Of a stretch of DNA of 64,000 nucleotides, positions 60,326 to 64,000 are shown piece by piece. Location: contig CAUROF010000002.1 of assembly GCA_963526615.1 (NCBI GenBank), positions 19,462 to 83,461 on the forward strand, in the 5' to 3' direction. The notes beneath the pieces were generated by a model. The model searched no databases. It was not told the origin of the DNA and saw nothing but the letters and a program-made list of their open reading frames with translations. Position numbers and translations under genes: made by a program. The DNA is from an uncultured Fusobacterium sp. GTDB taxonomy: Bacteria > Fusobacteriota > Fusobacteriia > Fusobacteriales > Fusobacteriaceae. Each line of letters starts with the position of its first letter. The first letter of the stretch is position 1.

Positions 60326-61630
60326 TTATAATTCTCCAAATTTTTCTAATGCTTTTTTTCTAAGTTCTTCTCTAAAATTTGGATGAGCAATTTCAATTAA
60401 AAGTTTTGCTCTTTCTCTTAAAGTTTTTCCTCTTAAATGAGCAATACCATATTCTGTTATAACATAGTCTACATCATTTCTTGAAGTAGTTACTGGAACT
60501 CCCTCATCAAAGGTAAATACTATTCTTGAAATGGTACCTTTTGCAGTAGTTGAAGGGAGAGCTATTATAGATTTACCTCCCTTAGACATTGTTGCACCTC
60601 TTACAAAGTCAACTTGTCCACCAGGTCCACTGAATTGTTTAGAGTCAACATATTCAGCATTCACTTGTCCCATTAAATCAATTTGTATAGCTGAATTAAT
60701 AGAAACCATATTATCATTTTGAGCAATAATAATAGGATTATTAACATAGTCAACAGGGTGTAATTCTATTGCAGGATTATCATTAGCATAATCATATAGT
60801 TTTTTACTGCCCATTAAAAATGTTGCTATTGCCTTATTAGGATTCAAACTTTTCTTCTTATTTGTTATAACACCTAAATTAATTAAATCTACAATACCAT
60901 CAGAAATCATTTCAGAATGTATACCTAAATCTTTTTTATCTTTTAGGAAATTTAGAACTGCCACTGGGATAGCACCAATTCCAAGTTGTAAAGTGTCACC
61001 ATCTCTGACTAAACTTGCACAAAATTCTCCAATTTTTCTTTCAATTTCTCCAACAACTGGTGGTTGAACTTCTGGAATAGGAGTATCTTCTTCAATAATA
61101 TAATCTATATCATCTATATGCACAAAGCAATTTCCAAATGTTCTTGGTACAAATTTATTAATTTGTGCAATAACAATTTTTGCATTTTCAGTAGCTGATT
61201 TAGTGTAATCACAAGAAAGTCCATAGCTACAATATCCATGTTCATCAGGAGTAGATACTTGAAGTAACATAGCATCAAGTGCTAATTCTCCATCTTTTCC
61301 AAATAATTTTGCAGTTTCAAAGAAGAATGTAGGAGTGTAATCTCCATAAGAACTGTTTGCTGCTTCTCTTGTTTTAGGACCAATAAATAGGGCATTATGT
61401 CTAAAATATTCTGAATTTTCCTCCTTTGCATACTCACTTTTTCCTACTGATAACAAATGAGCAATTTCCAATTTTTTAAATAATTTTTTGTTTCTAATTA
61501 GTGCTTCTGTTAAAACAGTAGATTCAGAACAGATGTGTCCAAAAGAAATTCTTTTAGCATCTTTAATTTTTTGAATTGCTTCATCAGGAGTACAAATTTT
61601 TGACTTGTAGCTTTCTTTCCAATCTTTCAT
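60326..61630 (-). CDS. Acetyl-CoA hydrolase/transferase family enzyme (4-hydroxybutyrate or butyryl-CoA:acetate CoA-transferase-like)
   Basis: ~434 aa. Motifs LQLGIGAIP, GIHSEMISDG and GPGGQVDFVRGA are typical of the AcetylCoA_hydro/transf family. Confidence 0.8.
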   Translation of the reverse strand: MKDWKESYKSKICTPDEAIQKIKDAKRISFGHICSESTVLTEALIRNKKLFKKLEIAHLLSVGKSEYAKEENSEYFRHNALFIGPKTREAANSSYGDYTPTFFFETAKLFGKDGELALDAMLLQVSTPDEHGYCSYGLSCDYTKSATENAKIVIAQINKFVPRTFGNCFVHIDDIDYIIEEDTPIPEVQPPVVGEIERKIGEFCASLVRDGDTLQLGIGAIPVAVLNFLKDKKDLGIHSEMISDGIVDLINLGVITNKKKSLNPNKAIATFLMGSKKLYDYANDNPAIELHPVDYVNNPIIIAQNDNMVSINSAIQIDLMGQVNAEYVDSKQFSGPGGQVDFVRGATMSKGGKSIIALPSTTAKGTISRIVFTFDEGVPVTTSRNDVDYVITEYGIAHLRGKTLRERAKLLIEIAHPNFREELRKKALEKFGEL

Positions 61631-61847
61631 ATAAACCTCTTTAAAACTTTTAGTTTAATAAATATTGTCTAATCTAATATTTAATTTATTTTTGTCTTAA
61701 ATTATATAGAGTTATTTTCTAAAAGTCAATAAACTTATTTTATATATAATATTGATATTATGAGATTTTTAAATATGATGTTATAAAAAAGTCTTGTTAT
61801 TAATTGGTAATTATGATAAATTATTTTTTAAAAGGTAGGTGTAAAAA

Positions 61848-62501
61848 ATGAAAAAGAATGAATATTTTAAGGAAGTTGAAAAAATTTACAAGGAAATGAA
61901 TCCCCATTTTAAAGAAAGATTAAAAGAATTTAAAAATATATGGGAAAATGGGACTAATAAGGACATACACTTAGAATTATCTTTTTGTATTTTAACTCCT
62001 CAATCTAAGGCATTAAATGCTTGGCAAGCTATAACAAATTTAAAAAAAGATGATTTAATTTATAATGGAAAGGCAGAAGAACTTGTTGAATTTTTAAATA
62101 TTGTTAGATTTAAAAATAATAAGGCTAAGTATCTTGTTGAATTAAGAGAACAAATGACAAAAGATGACGAACTTATAACCAAAGATTTTTTTAATTCTCT
62201 TCCAACTGTTACTGAAAAAAGAGAATGGATAGTAAAAAATATCAAGGGAATGTCCTATAAAGAAGCTAGCCATTTTTTAAGAAATGTAGGTTTTGGGGAA
62301 AATATTGCAATACTTGATAGACATATTTTAAAAAATTTAGTTAAATTAGAGGTTATAGATGAACTGCCAAAAACTTTAACTCCTAAATTATATTTAGAAA
62401 TAGAGGAAAAAATGAGAAATTATTGTGAATTTGTGAAAATTCCTATGGATGAAATGGATTTATTACTTTGGTACAAAGAAGCAGGAGTAATATTCAAATG
62501 A
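61848..62501 (+). CDS. ogg: 8-oxoguanine DNA glycosylase / AP lyase, Ogg2-type (HhH-GPD)
   Basis: ~217 aa. ELSFCILTPQSKA and YKEASHFLRNVGFGENIAILDRHIL match the small archaeal/Thermotoga-type Ogg layout. Confidence 0.7.
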   Translation: MKKNEYFKEVEKIYKEMNPHFKERLKEFKNIWENGTNKDIHLELSFCILTPQSKALNAWQAITNLKKDDLIYNGKAEELVEFLNIVRFKNNKAKYLVELREQMTKDDELITKDFFNSLPTVTEKREWIVKNIKGMSYKEASHFLRNVGFGENIAILDRHILKNLVKLEVIDELPKTLTPKLYLEIEEKMRNYCEFVKIPMDEMDLLLWYKEAGVIFK

Positions 62502-62947
62502 CATTTAGTGATGAAATAGAAAATGAAATAAAAGAATTTGTAAATAAGACAGAAAATATTTATTATTTTCCTGATAGTAATTATGGAGTTGAATACCTAA
62601 ATAATAATTTTAGTATTTTAGGAACAAAATTAGATTTATCAAAAGAAAAAAATTATATAAGTTATGATTTTAAGAAAAATGATTTTTCAAGTATGATTAA
62701 ATTTTTTGAATTAAAAAAAATAGAAGAGAAAATATTATCAAGTAAAGAAATACATTATATTGGAGATGGGATAACAAGTAGTGAATTAATATTTTCAGGA
62801 AAAGAATTTTTTAAAATTTTAGAATTTCTCTTTGAAAATGTACCAGAACATCATTATTTTTTTGATGAAAATGAAAAATGGTGTCTACTTATAGCCACAG
62901 AAGGCTGGATAGCTTATGGAGAAAAAACTTGTAAAAATAATATATAA
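62498..62947 (+). CDS. Hypothetical protein translationally coupled to ogg
   Basis: ATG 62498 overlaps the ogg stop as ATGA. The tracked earlier start at 62468 lies inside ogg. No family recognised. Confidence 0.4.
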   Translation: MTFSDEIENEIKEFVNKTENIYYFPDSNYGVEYLNNNFSILGTKLDLSKEKNYISYDFKKNDFSSMIKFFELKKIEEKILSSKEIHYIGDGITSSELIFSGKEFFKILEFLFENVPEHHYFFDENEKWCLLIATEGWIAYGEKTCKNNI

Positions 62948-63009
62948 CTTTGCAATACTCTTGAATATATGATACTATAAAAAGATAATCATAAAATGGA
63001 GATGGGGTT

Positions 63010-63957
63010 ATGGAAAATTTTTTATTAGCACTTAATGTGGTATTACCAATATTTTTTATGATGACATTAGGTTTTTTTCTAAAAAAAGTTAAAATAGTAG
63101 ATGAGCACAGCTTAAATATTATGAATAAATTGGTATTTAGAGTATTTATGAGTACCTTATTATTTTTAAATGTCTATAATATTGAGAATTTTTCTGCACT
63201 TTCTATGGATAATTTAAAGCTATTAGGATATGCTTTTATAATGATTCTTGTTGTACTTTTTATTGCTTGGTTAATCTATATGCCAAAGGTTAAAGATAAA
63301 AAGAAATTATCAGTTTTAATTCAAGGTGTGTACAGAGGAAATTTTGTTTTATTTGGTTTGGCTATTGTAGACAGTATTTATGGTAAAGAGGGTTTAGCAA
63401 CAGTTTCACTTTTAACTATTGTTGTTATTCCAACTTTTAATGTATTAGCAGTTATAATATTGGAGTATTATTCAGGTAGAGAAATTAGTAAATTAAAACT
63501 TTTAAAACAAGTGTTTAAAAATCCTCTAATAATAGCAACTTCATTAGGAATAATATTTATTATTTTAAAAATAAATATTCCAAAACCTATCTACAAAACC
63601 TTATCTGATATTTCAAAAATTGCAACACCTCTTGCATTTATAGTATTGGGAGCAGAGTTAGAATTTGGAAATATGTTAAAAAATATTAAATATTTAATTT
63701 CTGCAAATATATTAAGACTTATAGGAAATCCACTAATAACAGTAGGAGTTGGAAAATTAATTGGGTTTCAAGGAATAGAATTAGTTGCTTTACTTTCAAT
63801 GAGTGCCTGTCCAACAGCAGTTGCTTCATATACCATGGCAAAAGAAATGAATGCTGATGGGGATTTAGCAGGGGAAATTGTTGCAACAACAAGTATGCTT
63901 TCAATATTCACAATTTTTTGTTGGGTATTAGTGTTAAAAAATTTAGGATGGATATGA
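63010..63957 (+). CDS. AEC (auxin efflux carrier) family permease, second copy
   Basis: 10-TM AEC-type layout, 315 aa. It has the same family architecture as 24686-25651 but is not adjacent to a decarboxylase. Confidence 0.75.
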   Translation: MENFLLALNVVLPIFFMMTLGFFLKKVKIVDEHSLNIMNKLVFRVFMSTLLFLNVYNIENFSALSMDNLKLLGYAFIMILVVLFIAWLIYMPKVKDKKKLSVLIQGVYRGNFVLFGLAIVDSIYGKEGLATVSLLTIVVIPTFNVLAVIILEYYSGREISKLKLLKQVFKNPLIIATSLGIIFIILKINIPKPIYKTLSDISKIATPLAFIVLGAELEFGNMLKNIKYLISANILRLIGNPLITVGVGKLIGFQGIELVALLSMSACPTAVASYTMAKEMNADGDLAGEIVATTSMLSIFTIFCWVLVLKNLGWI

Positions 63958-64000
63958 CATAAAGAGGATTGCTTGAAGTTTTTAGCAACCCCTTGTAATT

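Overview
This is a very AT-rich chromosomal segment (about three-quarters A+T by eye, not computed). Its gene content and protein style fit a Fusobacterium genome, probably the F. nucleatum group; that is recognition from memory, not a search. I support about 60 protein genes. I saw no rRNA, tRNA, CRISPR array, transposase, integrase or prophage genes. Layout: (i) a 5'-truncated purine permease. (ii) A ~9 kb LOS/LPS core and decoration cluster (788-9972): VirK-like protein, two GT9 and one GT4 glycosyltransferase, Kdo/WaaP-type kinase, O-antigen-ligase-like protein, and a LicD / class-V aminotransferase / LicC-like nucleotidyltransferase cassette. (iii) A ~5 kb accessory patch (10.1-15.4 kb): shortened ADP-ribosylglycohydrolase, lambda-type phosphatase, a type II M->R restriction-modification pair, and an unknown lipoprotein. 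(iv) Housekeeping blocks: guaB, ung, murE, kdsA; ruvB, rsmE, mtaB, mrdA, rnj; yhbY, dxs, tlyA, ctp, rsmI, rbgA, nadE. (v) Metabolic and stress genes: malic/malolactic enzyme with an AEC permease, nitroreductase, cysK-like gene, flavodiiron protein, OYE reductase, ABC exporter pair, tannase-like esterase, CoA-transferase. (vi) dnaN sits in an unusual neighbourhood. The most interesting direct observations are four. First, a box GTAAGTA-N14-AGATA with identical spacing occurs at three promoters: two paralogous HxlR/flavin-oxidoreductase divergons and the flavodiiron gene. This suggests an uncharacterised redox/electrophile regulon. Second, two long rod-like structured intergenic elements lie at 31.3 kb and 40.3 kb and are candidate ncRNAs or repeats. 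Third, the licD cassette lacks recognisable choline or phosphonate supply genes in the window. Fourth, two adjacent decayed oxidoreductase/hydrolase pseudogenes lie at 26.3-27.4 kb. I found no complete, obviously novel multi-gene defence system. All functional calls rest on motif and family recognition by eye and need HMM or BLAST confirmation.
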